In this document: piece by piece, positions 41,002 through 51,052 of the stretch | How positions within the stretch are numbered: the first letter of the stretch is position 1 | Layout: every line of letters begins with the position of its first letter | NCBI GenBank assembly: GCA_039698055.1 | Contig: JBDKTL010000021.1 | Location: 32,001 to 96,000, forward strand | From: Methanoregula sp. | Lineage (GTDB): Archaea > Halobacteriota > Methanomicrobia > Methanomicrobiales > Methanospirillaceae | Reading direction: 5' to 3' | Length of the DNA stretch: 64,000 nucleotides | The notes under the pieces: generated by a model | What the model saw: the letters and a program-made list of their open reading frames with translations, nothing else | What the model was told of the DNA's origin: nothing | Databases searched by the model: none | Program-made: the position numbers and the translations under genes

Positions 41002-41421
41002 TTACCTGACCTTCCGGAGAATGCCGATAAGGACATTGATCTCCTCTTCGTCCAGCGAATGTGCCATCATTTCAACGACCCGCTGCAGGGCCTGCTGTTC
41101 GGCACGGGCAATTGTCTGCCCTTTTTCTGTCAGCCGGATATACTGGATCCGTCTGTCATCCGGACATGGCTGCCGGTATACACAATCCATCCTGACAAAT
41201 TTATTAATCGTCTCGGTGATGGTCGGTTTCGAGCATCTGGTGATCTCCGCGAGCCTGCCAAACGTTACTTCCCCGTTTTCATCAATGGTTTTCAGGTACC
41301 GGATCTGCTTGACCGTCATATCCGATAACCCGCATTCCGAGAAGATCCCGCACGAGCATTCGTTCCTGATTTTGAACAGGTTTTCAAAAATCCGGATCAA
41401 ATGCTCTTCCTCTTCTGTCAT
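41002..41421 (-). CDS. MarR family transcriptional regulator
   Basis: Winged HTH with LAEIT..SKPTIT and DDRR...LTEKG. Directly upstream of lon. Confidence 0.88.
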   Translation of the reverse strand: MTEEEEHLIRIFENLFKIRNECSCGIFSECGLSDMTVKQIRYLKTIDENGEVTFGRLAEITRCSKPTITETINKFVRMDCVYRQPCPDDRRIQYIRLTEKGQTIARAEQQALQRVVEMMAHSLDEEEINVLIGILRKVR

Positions 41422-41651
41422 GGATCGTTCTTTTGTTAGTTAGGGTTTACCGAATTATAAAGGTTGGTATCCGGTCACAGCACAGTCCCGTCATTTCTGT
41501 AAAAAAAATTCCTGCTTCACAATAATCCGCACCCGGCTCCGGCATACGGACCAGGCAGAGATGCGGTGACGGAACGGACGAGGCGCGAGCTCCAAAACAG
41601 TTTCTCATCACAAAAAGTTTACCCGGAATCCGGGTAGTACTGGTTTGCCGG

Positions 41652-42152
41652 CTACCGGGAGTAGATACCGGAACCGAGCCACCAGTCATCGCCGGCTTTC
41701 TCAACGTACCCGAGTTTCTTTTCTATCGTGTTGTTGTTCACCGGGTTGATGTAATAATATTCCACAAACCCGGACCCGTTTAGGGCAGTATCGCGGAGCT
41801 CCCGGATAAAGTAGTTGCCCCGTGCATCCTTTTCGTTCAACCTGTTCACCCCGATCTTTTCCGGGTTCACCGGGTGGGCAATCGTCGTCCCGTTGAAATC
41901 ATAGGCATAGATATAGAGTTCTCCCCGGAAAAACGAGCCGTTCTTATCGGAAAACTCGGCCAGCGCCGCGTCCCTGCCATGGGTCTGGGCATAAAGAACG
42001 GCTTCCTTGACAAACGCAACCATCTTGTCCCGTGGTGCATCCGGGGTGGGGGTCGACGGGATTGTGCCTGGCACCTGCCGGGTGCAGCCGGATGCAAGAA
42101 GCATTACCATGAGAACAAGAGCGAGCGCGAAGATGGTTAATCCCGATTTCAT
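41652..42152 (-). CDS. Stand-alone Cache-domain lipoprotein
   Basis: ASGC lipobox. Single Cache domain (YIYAYDFNG..IAHP, D..G..FIRE, GSGFVEY, KLGY, W.LGSGIY). Confidence 0.8.
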   Translation of the reverse strand: MKSGLTIFALALVLMVMLLASGCTRQVPGTIPSTPTPDAPRDKMVAFVKEAVLYAQTHGRDAALAEFSDKNGSFFRGELYIYAYDFNGTTIAHPVNPEKIGVNRLNEKDARGNYFIRELRDTALNGSGFVEYYYINPVNNNTIEKKLGYVEKAGDDWWLGSGIYSR

Positions 42153-42530
42153 GTATGAACGTGGAATATGATTCTTAATTAACAGGCATGATTCTGAGCG
42201 GTTTTTTCGTGAAGGTACCCTCTGAAAAAATCCCTGCACAGATCTACCTGCGCTGCGGCGAAGATTTGCGCTGATGAACAGGGTGCCCGCAGAAAATCTT
42301 TCCCTCAATTGAGCGCAAGGGCAAACCAGGGCAGCGCACCGGTGGGTGTCTTGCGGCATGTCCCCGACAGTTTACCCGTTGAAGTTATGGGAGTCGTAGC
42401 AGTTCCGGATGAACTCCTGTTTCCGGTGCCCGCTTGCGTTCACCGGCGGTTTAAGATGCCCGATCGCCGGGGTCTTGAGGGGCGGGAAGAACGGGCAGGT
42501 GCGTACAGCGGTGCATGACACAGAAGTGTC

Positions 42531-43610
42531 CTACGGGCTTTTCTGGCCGTCATCCCCCGATTTTTCCGATGCCTGGTCCGAAAAGAGGTGGCTGACCCCG
42601 AGCAGTTCGTTAATCCAGCGAAGATCGTCACTGCACTGGAAAACCGCCACCAGCATCAGCGTGATGGGGACGGCAAAGAGCATGCCCGTCATGCCAAGCA
42701 GCCACCCCCAGAAAATGACCGATAACAGCACGACAATTGCCGGCATCTCAAATTTGCGTGCGGCAAGGTAGGAAAAAACCGGGTTTTCCACAATCAGGTT
42801 GAGCACGCAGACAACGGCGATGACGGCAACTGCACCCCAAATGCCAAACTGGAGCCAGGCAAAAAAGATCGCCGGCACTGCGGCAATGATGAGCCCGATA
42901 TAAGGAATATACCCAAGAAGAAAGGTGATGATGCCCCACAATATCGCCGCATGGACACCCATAATGGACAGGATGCCGCCAAAGAGCACGCCGTGGACAA
43001 GGTTGGTCTCGGTGCGTACGACAATAAAGTCCATGATGTACCGGCTCATGCGGGACATCTGCGCCAGCATCTCCGGCTTGTGGGAAAAAAGCGTTTGCAG
43101 CCGGCGTGCCAGTGTCGGGGATTCAATGAGCGCAAAAAAGGTCAGTACCGCGATAAAGAAAAGCGATATGACGATATCGGTGAGGTTCAACATTGACGAC
43201 ACGATCACCGGGACAATCGTTGTAAGGTTTATCGACGACGGAAGGAGTTCACTGCCCTGGATGCCAAACCGTTCCAGGACCCCCGTGAGGTCTGACATGC
43301 GCTGGTTGAGATCTGCCTGGAACATCGGGATATCTGCAACCAGTACCTGCACCGAATATACCGTCATCAGGACCAGCGCAAGGATAATAAGAAACGCAAT
43401 AATCGTGATGACGGCAACAGCGGCAGGATGGGGGAGGCCTTTTTTCCTGAGCCAGTCCACCGCGGGGAGGGCAAGAAGGGTAAGGATGAGGGAAAAGAGT
43501 ATGATGTTGATGATAAACCCGGTCGTTTTCACACCGGTAATAATGATAAAAATAAGGGCGATGACAAGCAGGGGATAGACGATTCCTGATTGTTTTTCCA
43601 TACTGTTCAT
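42531..43610 (-). CDS. AI-2E family transporter
   Basis: Multiple TM helices with LGYIPYIG, VENPV and FWGWLLG..GM.FAVP motifs. Confidence 0.88.
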   Translation of the reverse strand: MNSMEKQSGIVYPLLVIALIFIIITGVKTTGFIINIILFSLILTLLALPAVDWLRKKGLPHPAAVAVITIIAFLIILALVLMTVYSVQVLVADIPMFQADLNQRMSDLTGVLERFGIQGSELLPSSINLTTIVPVIVSSMLNLTDIVISLFFIAVLTFFALIESPTLARRLQTLFSHKPEMLAQMSRMSRYIMDFIVVRTETNLVHGVLFGGILSIMGVHAAILWGIITFLLGYIPYIGLIIAAVPAIFFAWLQFGIWGAVAVIAVVCVLNLIVENPVFSYLAARKFEMPAIVVLLSVIFWGWLLGMTGMLFAVPITLMLVAVFQCSDDLRWINELLGVSHLFSDQASEKSGDDGQKSP

Positions 43611-43759
43611 GAAACGGTATCGGGTTATAAGAGGATAAAAGGTATCGCTTATATCTTTTTGAACAGTTTTTTGTCCGGGCGATTTTCCCCGGATCACAAA
43701 AACACTTCTGCAACCGGGTCAAATTTTTTTAATCACGTTTCGGTCATAACGAGGGGATG

Positions 43760-44029
43760 CTACGATCTCGGTTCCCTCGTAATCTGCCCGCCACAAGCCC
43801 GGACCAAATCTTCAATTTTTTTAAGCAGCGCTTCGTCATTCAGGGCAAAATCCAGAAGTTCATACCGGTTAACCAGCTGGATTGGCTTTAAGACGACCAG
43901 CGGCTTTTTGCCGGCAGTTTCACCGGCATAGTCTGCCGGAACGACGGTCATCCGGTCGTCGGCCCAGATAGCAACATTGCCATATCCTGCTTCGTCCCAG
44001 AGTTTCCTGACAATATCCTGCGTAATCAT
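43760..44029 (-). CDS. Hypothetical protein
   Basis: 89-aa ORF with AGGAAGG upstream and protein-like composition. Confidence 0.65.
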   Translation of the reverse strand: MITQDIVRKLWDEAGYGNVAIWADDRMTVVPADYAGETAGKKPLVVLKPIQLVNRYELLDFALNDEALLKKIEDLVRACGGQITREPRS

Positions 44030-44103
44030 GTCTGTTCCTTCCTGTCATTCCGGGATTTTAAAAAAACAATCCTTTCTGACGATAATAGTGTTTTTTTACC
44101 CGG

Positions 44104-44565
44104 CTATCTTTTCACAACGTTATTTTTTTCCGCTTCGATATCAAGGATAATCTCAAGTTCCAGCGACCGGGCAAACGCTTCCTGTGCCTCGACGCTCTTC
44201 CCGAGTTCGTCAAGGCAGATACCCTTGATATACCAGCCGGTCACATCGTTTGCATTGAGCGCCAGCGCCCGGGTAACTGCCGCCAGCGCTTCATTAATTT
44301 TTTCCAGCTGGTACAGGGCACGCCCTTTTTTTGACCATGCGTCTGCGTAGTTTTGATTCAGGGAAAGCGCCCTGTCGCAATCTGCCACCGCTTCGGCATA
44401 CCGCTCGGTCTCGATATAGGCTGAAGCTCTCAGGCACCAGCCTTCCGGGTTCCGGGGATCGAGCTGGAGCGCCTTCTCGTAATGTGCAATCGCCTCACGG
44501 TACTTCGTCCGCCGGGCATAGGCATAGCCTTTTTTGAGAAGCTCCGCAACAGGATTCACGGTCAT
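44104..44565 (-). CDS. Tetratricopeptide repeat protein
   Basis: About four TPR repeats (EAI..YEKALQLDP, AW..KG.AL). Confidence 0.88.
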   Translation of the reverse strand: MTVNPVAELLKKGYAYARRTKYREAIAHYEKALQLDPRNPEGWCLRASAYIETERYAEAVADCDRALSLNQNYADAWSKKGRALYQLEKINEALAAVTRALALNANDVTGWYIKGICLDELGKSVEAQEAFARSLELEIILDIEAEKNNVVKR

Positions 44566-44682
44566 TTACCCTGCCTCCCGCACATGTTCAGCTGCTGGTC
44601 GTTCCTGCCGGTGCCGGATGCAGGGGAATATTTTGGAACCTGCATACCGCACATCACCTGTTTTTTCCGGCAATGGTTTCCA

Positions 44683-45678
44683 TCACTCTGCAATCAGATC
44701 ACCAAAGATGTCCTTGAGTGCTGCATGTTCATAACTATCGATCTTTTCAAGCGCGGCGCGCTGGTGCCGGGGAGTGTCCCAGACAAACCAGTCCTTCATC
44801 GTCATAAAACCCAGGAGATCGTTGGTCAGTTTCACACCGGTCTCATAGAGTCCGTTATAATAATCAAGCGTAGCCGGGACATTCCAGTCAACCCTGAGAT
44901 CCTTTTCCATCAGCGCCAGCATCGCGTCCCCGAATACCTTTGACTGGTACCAGGCAGTCTGTGTCCAGCGGGTAGTCAGCATCTCTTTTACTTCAAGGTG
45001 GCTGAACTTTTTCATCTGCGGAATATTGATCATGGGAGAGAGGACATCTGCGGGGAGCGTGTGGGCAAGATAGAGATCGCGGGCATAAAAAAGGGACTTG
45101 TCAAGGACAAAATACCGCCGGGGAATGATCTCCTCGTACTCGATCTGCCGGTCCATATCCGCCTTTCCCTCCTTAAGCAGGAGGTACAGCTGGGTCTTGC
45201 GCAGCTGGGGTTGCTTGTAATACACCCGGCTGTTGATGATCGGGTTCCACGGGAGTTCTGTGATATCCCCATGGAACTGCATATAGATGATAAAGAGCAT
45301 CTCGAGCAGTTTCTTGACCGGGAGTTTTTTTACTTTTTTTGCCTCGTCCTTGAGAGCATCAAGATAAATCTGGCGCATACCCCTGCTGACAGATTCCGGC
45401 GTAAATGAACAGACACGGTAGTGGGATTTTTTTACAGCCGCACCCTTGAGCAGCAGGGCGGTACAGTGCTTGACGATGAGAAAATCCTTCAACAGGCCGA
45501 TATTCTGCGACGGGAGGATGATGATATTTTTTTCGACATCATAGGTATAGACATCAACAAGCGTCCCGCCCGGCACCCCTTCGGGATTGCGCACCAGCGA
45601 GATCTCCGTATCCAAAAGCGCCTCTACCTGCGAGATCATCTTTCTCACCGGTTTACCAAGGGGCATATTGGTTTTCAT
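44683..45678 (-). CDS. Hypothetical protein
   Basis: 331-aa ORF with host-like codon usage. No family recognised. Confidence 0.75.
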   Translation of the reverse strand: MKTNMPLGKPVRKMISQVEALLDTEISLVRNPEGVPGGTLVDVYTYDVEKNIIILPSQNIGLLKDFLIVKHCTALLLKGAAVKKSHYRVCSFTPESVSRGMRQIYLDALKDEAKKVKKLPVKKLLEMLFIIYMQFHGDITELPWNPIINSRVYYKQPQLRKTQLYLLLKEGKADMDRQIEYEEIIPRRYFVLDKSLFYARDLYLAHTLPADVLSPMINIPQMKKFSHLEVKEMLTTRWTQTAWYQSKVFGDAMLALMEKDLRVDWNVPATLDYYNGLYETGVKLTNDLLGFMTMKDWFVWDTPRHQRAALEKIDSYEHAALKDIFGDLIAE

Positions 45679-45781
45679 GGAGAATCACAGGAACCGTTGT
45701 AAAGAGAAAGTTACGAAAGTAACCGGGCCACGGGCTGCACCCGGGTATTTTAAAGAATCGTGCGGGAGAAGAGAAAAAGGT

Positions 45782-46384
45782 TCACCTTTTCTTGCGCGGG
45801 CGGACAAACGAATGGAACAGCCCGGTGATCATGTTGGGCTTTTTGGGGCGGAAGACTCCCTGGTTGACGTACCGGACATCTTCAATGGAGAAGAATGCAC
45901 CCGGGTTGGTCTGCTCTATATGCTCCATGATGCGGGGCACATCGACACGGTTAACGAGCGAGAGGATCATCTTCACGTCCCCCCGTGCACCTTCCGCATT
46001 CATGCTCGTGGCGCCATAATTCTCCTTCTGCATGAACGCGATGATGTCCTCGTTGGATTCTTCCGTCGTCACGATACGCATGATCACCATGCCAATCGAG
46101 AGTTTTTCTTCAAGCACGAGGCCGACGTACGTGCCGGTGGCAAACCCGAACGCAAATGCAAAGAAGTTCGCGATATTGGACAGGTCATTTAAGACCACTT
46201 CCATCGCAAGCAGCCAGATCACGATCTCGAAGAACGCGATGATCGGGGCAAGATATTTGATCCCCTTGGAGATGTAGATGACCCGGATCGTCTCAAGACT
46301 TACATCCCCGATACGGGCAAAAAAGATGAGGGCCGGAAGAATTACCCAGGCATAGATTTCAGGGCTGATGATGAAAAAGGACAT
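45782..46384 (-). CDS. UPF0316 / DUF2179 family membrane protein
   Basis: FFARIGDVSL.TIR, FFEIVIW, GFATGTYVG..LEEKL and P.AFFSIEDVR motifs. Confidence 0.85.
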   Translation of the reverse strand: MSFFIISPEIYAWVILPALIFFARIGDVSLETIRVIYISKGIKYLAPIIAFFEIVIWLLAMEVVLNDLSNIANFFAFAFGFATGTYVGLVLEEKLSIGMVIMRIVTTEESNEDIIAFMQKENYGATSMNAEGARGDVKMILSLVNRVDVPRIMEHIEQTNPGAFFSIEDVRYVNQGVFRPKKPNMITGLFHSFVRPRKKR

Positions 46385-46543
46385 CCTTTTACCTCGTCCG
46401 GTACCGGGTTTGTTGTTCTCTCACCGGTGAGATGAAGAAAAGGTTGCCTCCTGTTCCTATATCAAGATTACCGGAAAACAAACCAATAAAAGGAAGATTT
46501 GGAAAGATTTGGGCGATCGCGCGGATGATTTCGCCCGGCTTTC

Positions 46544-46684
46544 TCACGCGTACTTGGCCGGGTCGGCATCAAATTTCTTCTTGCAGCCGGGAGCGCAGAA
46601 GTAGTACTTTTTCCCGTTATAATCGCTCGTGAACTTTGCCGTTTTTTCATCAACGGTCATCTTGCAGATCGGATCGATTGCCAC
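46544..46684 (-). CDS. YHS domain protein (46 aa; absent from ORF track)
   Basis: GTG start after GAGGTG. Translates MAIDPICKMTVDEKTAKFTSDYNGKKYYFCAPGCKKKFDADPAKYA. Directly downstream of copA. Confidence 0.85.
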   Translation of the reverse strand: MAIDPICKMTVDEKTAKFTSDYNGKKYYFCAPGCKKKFDADPAKYA

Positions 46685-46697
46685 CTGAACACCTCAG

Positions 46698-49130
46698 TTA
46701 GTTCTTTTTCTTTGCCGGAGGTATATATCCTTTGAGGAGCAGGGAGAGCGTTACAACCGTTACCGAGCTTGCAGCCATCGCCAGCGCCGCAAGCTCCGGC
46801 CTGAACGTGAACCCAAAGAACGGGTACAGCAGCCCGGCACCCACCGGGATCAGCGCCGCGTTATAGGCAAAGGCCCAGAAGATATTCCCCTTGATCCGGC
46901 CCATCACTTTTTGGGAGAGTTCGATTGCGGCGACCGCGTCCAGCAGATCGTCCCTGATAAGCACAATATCCCCGCTCTCGATTGCAACATCGGTACCGCT
47001 GCCAATCGCAATCCCGATATCTGCCTGTGCGAGTGCCGGTGCATCGTTGATCCCGTCGCCCACGAATGCAACCACCTCGCCGGTCTCCTGCAGCGCTTTG
47101 ACTTCGGCAGCCTTGTCCTGCGGAAGGACTTCGGCGATCACCGTACCGATGCCGATACTGCGGGCGATTGCATCGGCAGTGCGCCGGTTATCGCCCGTGA
47201 TCATCACAACATGGATCTTTTTTGCCACGAGCATGCGGATGGCTTCTCTCGTGGTGGGCTTGAGTGTATCGGCGATGGCAATAACCCCGGACAGCTGTTT
47301 TCCGGCCGCTACAAGGATCGCAGTTTTGCCTTCCTGCTCAAAACCGGTAACCCGGGATTCGATATCGTCCGGGATGTTGATGCCGTTTTCCAAAAGGAAG
47401 GCACGGTTCCCGACCCGCACGGTCTCGCCAAGAACAACCGCTGATACTCCTTTACCGCCAAACGTGTCAAACGCATCCGCTACGGGAACGCTGATGCCAC
47501 GGGTTATTGCGTACCGGACTACTGCCTGTGCGAGCGGGTGCTGGGAACTTTTTTCAACCGCTGACGTAAATCCAAGGAACGTCTCTTCGGAAATCCCGAC
47601 CGGCACAACGTCCGTCACTTCCGGTTTTCCCCGGGTGAGGGTCCCGGTCTTGTCAAAGACAAACGTGCTCACGTTTTCAGCGACCTGGAGCGCCTCGCCG
47701 TTTTTAATCAGGATACCCAGTTCCGCTCCCCGCCCGACACCGACGGTTACCGCTGTCGGTGTTGCAAGCCCGAGCGCACAGGGGCAGGCAACCACGAGCA
47801 CCGAGATGAGCGCCGTGAGCGCAAAGAGAAGGGTCGAGCCCAGCACAAAGAACCAGAGAATAAATGCGGATGCAGCGATCAGGAGAACTACCGGAATAAA
47901 GTACGTCACGGCGATATCTGCGATCCGCTGAACCGGGGGTTTTGACCCCTGCGCATCCTCCACGAGCTGGATGATCTGGGCCAGCACCGTTTCCCTGCCG
48001 ACTTTCTGCGCCTTCACCGAGAGGACACTGTTGGTATTCAGCGTCCCGCCGACAACCCGGCTCCCTTTGGTTTTCAGCGGCGGGACCGGTTCGCCCGTAA
48101 TCATCGATTCATCGACATAACTCTCACCCGCGACCACTTCGCCGTCAACCGGGACTTTGGCGCCGGGTTTCACGACAACGATATCGTCGACAACCACATC
48201 CTCGATGGGTATCTCGACTTCCTTTCCCTCCCGGATCAGGGTTGCCGTCTTTGCCCGGAGCCCGGCGAGCTTTTTAATCGCGTCAGATGTCCGGCCCTTT
48301 GCCCCCGCCTCAAGGTACCGCCCCAGCATCAGAAACGCCGCGAGCATGATCGCGGTATCGTAGAACATGAACTCGTGGGTGAGGATAATCCCGAATGTCC
48401 CCATCACGCTCGATACGAACGCGACGCCGGTTCCCATCGCGTACATCACGTCCATGTTGAGCGAGCGGTTGCGCAGCGCCATCCATGCGGCGCGGAAGAT
48501 CGGGTATGCGACGTAGGCAAAGACCGGTGTGGCGATGACAAACATGACATAGCCCAGCACCTGCATCGATATGCCAAGCGGCACCCACATCGCCACCATG
48601 AGCGGGATGCTGACGGCAAACCCAATCGAGAACCGCAGGAATTTGTCGTGCAGGTCTTTGTCCCGTGCCTTCTTCTCCGCCTCTTCGCTCACTTCCCCGG
48701 AAATGCCGAGATACTGGTAGCCCGCATCCTCGATCGCTTTTTTTATGTCATCGATCCCGGAGATCGACGGGTTGAAGGTAATATAGGCTTTTTCAGTGCC
48801 AAGGTTGACAACCGCAGCAACGACACCGGGAAGGGCCCGCAGTGCCGCCTCGATCGTCTGGACACAGGTGGCACACATCATGCCGCCGACCTTGACCGTC
48901 ACCTCCCGGTTGATCACGTCATACCCGGCGTCTTTTACCGCCTTTTCGAGTTCCACAAGGGTGACTTTTGACGGGTCAAACTCCACGTGGGCGGTGTCCG
49001 TGCCAAAGTTCACGGACGCGTTTTTGACATTGTTGAGTTTTGCAAGCGATTCCTCGATATTGACCGCACAGGTGGCGCAGTGCATCCCTGAAATTTTCAG
49101 TTCTGCTTTTTTCTTCTCTGTATCGGGCAT
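46698..49130 (-). CDS. copA: Copper-translocating P1B-type ATPase
   Basis: Two HMA domains (GMHCATC, GMMCATC), TGE, CPC, DKTGT, HP, GDGIND and YN...MAASS motifs. Confidence 0.93.
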   Translation of the reverse strand: MPDTEKKKAELKISGMHCATCAVNIEESLAKLNNVKNASVNFGTDTAHVEFDPSKVTLVELEKAVKDAGYDVINREVTVKVGGMMCATCVQTIEAALRALPGVVAAVVNLGTEKAYITFNPSISGIDDIKKAIEDAGYQYLGISGEVSEEAEKKARDKDLHDKFLRFSIGFAVSIPLMVAMWVPLGISMQVLGYVMFVIATPVFAYVAYPIFRAAWMALRNRSLNMDVMYAMGTGVAFVSSVMGTFGIILTHEFMFYDTAIMLAAFLMLGRYLEAGAKGRTSDAIKKLAGLRAKTATLIREGKEVEIPIEDVVVDDIVVVKPGAKVPVDGEVVAGESYVDESMITGEPVPPLKTKGSRVVGGTLNTNSVLSVKAQKVGRETVLAQIIQLVEDAQGSKPPVQRIADIAVTYFIPVVLLIAASAFILWFFVLGSTLLFALTALISVLVVACPCALGLATPTAVTVGVGRGAELGILIKNGEALQVAENVSTFVFDKTGTLTRGKPEVTDVVPVGISEETFLGFTSAVEKSSQHPLAQAVVRYAITRGISVPVADAFDTFGGKGVSAVVLGETVRVGNRAFLLENGINIPDDIESRVTGFEQEGKTAILVAAGKQLSGVIAIADTLKPTTREAIRMLVAKKIHVVMITGDNRRTADAIARSIGIGTVIAEVLPQDKAAEVKALQETGEVVAFVGDGINDAPALAQADIGIAIGSGTDVAIESGDIVLIRDDLLDAVAAIELSQKVMGRIKGNIFWAFAYNAALIPVGAGLLYPFFGFTFRPELAALAMAASSVTVVTLSLLLKGYIPPAKKKN

Positions 49131-49377
49131 AAGATCCTCCGGGTATGAATACCTGTCAGTGTCGTATCTCCTGCTGTTCCTTTATATTCCTTGGTAATGA
49201 GGAAAGGTAAAATTCCGGTATACAAATGGCTACTGCACTAGTACTGGGCGCGGGATGTAACTGACGCGATTGAACGAAGTGCTGATAATGTACCAGGACG
49301 TAAAGGACCTGAACTGACGTGCCGTAATGGTGATTTCTCAATTGTTTTTACCGGAAATACCGGACTAAAAAAAAGAT

Positions 49378-50628
49378 CTATGAAGGCGCGACCTCTTTTC
49401 CAAATGCCCAGAACAATTTATGGTGGATCCTGGCAAACGCATCCTGTTCCAGCAGGAAAACCATCACCGAGCAGACAAGGATACTGAAAAAGATCACGAT
49501 ATACGTGATGTCCTGGATTGCCTGCCCGTTGGCGATGCCTGCCTCAAGAGGGATCGAAGCAAGGACTGCAGCGGCAAGCCCTTTTGGTTCCATGACCGCG
49601 ATGATGCTTGCGTCCGCCACCGGGATACTCCGTGGGATCGTCAGCCAGACAATCACGATCCGGGCAAGGTAGAAGAGGATGGTAAGTGCGGCCCCGTAAT
49701 AGATAACATCCATATTCCTGAAGTGGATTGAGATGCCGATATAGATAAAAAAGAATGTCTTCAGGAGGGTGACGAGCTGGGCAAAAAATTCCGTTTCGAT
49801 CGGTGAAAGTTCAACCTGCGTGATGTTGTTTCCCAGGAACGGAAGGATCTTCTCTGCTTTGAAATAGTACAGGTTTCCAAGGGTCAGGCCAAGGGCAAGG
49901 GCCGCAATCGCTCCGGAGAATCCGAGCAGGCTGACAAACCCAAACACGATGAAGACAAATGCCGGTGTGATAAAAATGCTCTTGATGGTTACGATTTTGT
50001 GGTAGACCGACGACCACCAGATGCCGGCAGCCACACCGATAACAATCGCAATAAGGAATGAGGCCATGACATTGCCAATCACGTGGCCGATATTGAACTC
50101 CTGGACAGTTACGATGTTAATCAGCGCGAGCAGGGCGACAATGCAGATCACATCACTGAGCGCGGATTCGAGAGCGAGGATTGCCTTGGTATCATTTTTA
50201 ATAGAGAGGTAATTGGTAAACGGGATAACCACAGCAGACGAGGTGCCCCCGAGGATCACCCCCAGCATGCAGGATTCGATCAGGGAAAATCCCGCAAAAA
50301 ACATCATGACGCCAATACAGATGAGAGTAAGGATAATGAAGTTGGCACCGGTGATGGCAGTTGTTCCCGTGATAGATTTTTTTAAGGTTTCAATCGTGAT
50401 ATGCAGGCCGCCTTCAAAGAGGATGATGGCAAGCGTGACCATGGAAAAGAGCGGGCCGACAACACCGAATGCTGACGGGGAAACAAAATTAAGAAGGGGG
50501 CCAATCACAATCCCGATGGAGATGAGGAAGAGCACGTCGGGGATCTTGGTAAGGGTAAAAATCCGGGAGAGTATGTTTCCAAGAAAGATAAGAAGTCCCA
50601 GGAAAAGAACCGTTACCGCTGCATCCAT
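49378..50628 (-). CDS. Cation:proton antiporter (CPA1/NhaP-like)
   Basis: About 12 TM helices with ILFEGG, GTSSAVVIP, LESALSD and PKGLAAAVLA motifs. Confidence 0.88.
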   Translation of the reverse strand: MDAAVTVLFLGLLIFLGNILSRIFTLTKIPDVLFLISIGIVIGPLLNFVSPSAFGVVGPLFSMVTLAIILFEGGLHITIETLKKSITGTTAITGANFIILTLICIGVMMFFAGFSLIESCMLGVILGGTSSAVVIPFTNYLSIKNDTKAILALESALSDVICIVALLALINIVTVQEFNIGHVIGNVMASFLIAIVIGVAAGIWWSSVYHKIVTIKSIFITPAFVFIVFGFVSLLGFSGAIAALALGLTLGNLYYFKAEKILPFLGNNITQVELSPIETEFFAQLVTLLKTFFFIYIGISIHFRNMDVIYYGAALTILFYLARIVIVWLTIPRSIPVADASIIAVMEPKGLAAAVLASIPLEAGIANGQAIQDITYIVIFFSILVCSVMVFLLEQDAFARIHHKLFWAFGKEVAPS

Positions 50629-51052
50629 TACTACTTGGTTGATTTGATGCCAAAATATATGTTTTGAATCCGGGGTAAAAATTAGCGACGTGGGTGCTCT
50701 TTTTTGCTGGTTTAAGAGTTAAGACGGGAAGATCTCAATTAAAAACCTGGGAGTGCACATCGTTGCCCGATGCCTTTTCCAAAATAAAACAAGATAGTTA
50801 AATTTCCCGTAGTTTCCTTTAAATGACACGATTTTGAAAAAAAATCAGTACGTGCGGGTATCCGGATCCAGGGAGATGTTTTTTTTGTCCGGTTTTGTGG
50901 GTTGGACGGCGAGGTTACGTTGTTCATGAGAGTTTTTTTTATAGACATCACCGTTTCATGCGCTCCATTCGCAGGAAACCGGATCATCAGGGAACGATCT
51001 TTTTAAAAAAAACCCAAAAGGTTTACTCATCCAAAGGAGCAGTGTAAAGGTA

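Noticed and set aside
42300-42520. Possible degraded Cache-gene remnant (EFIRN, NFNG on minus strand)
   Set aside because: The matches are too short and in the wrong order relative to the intact gene.
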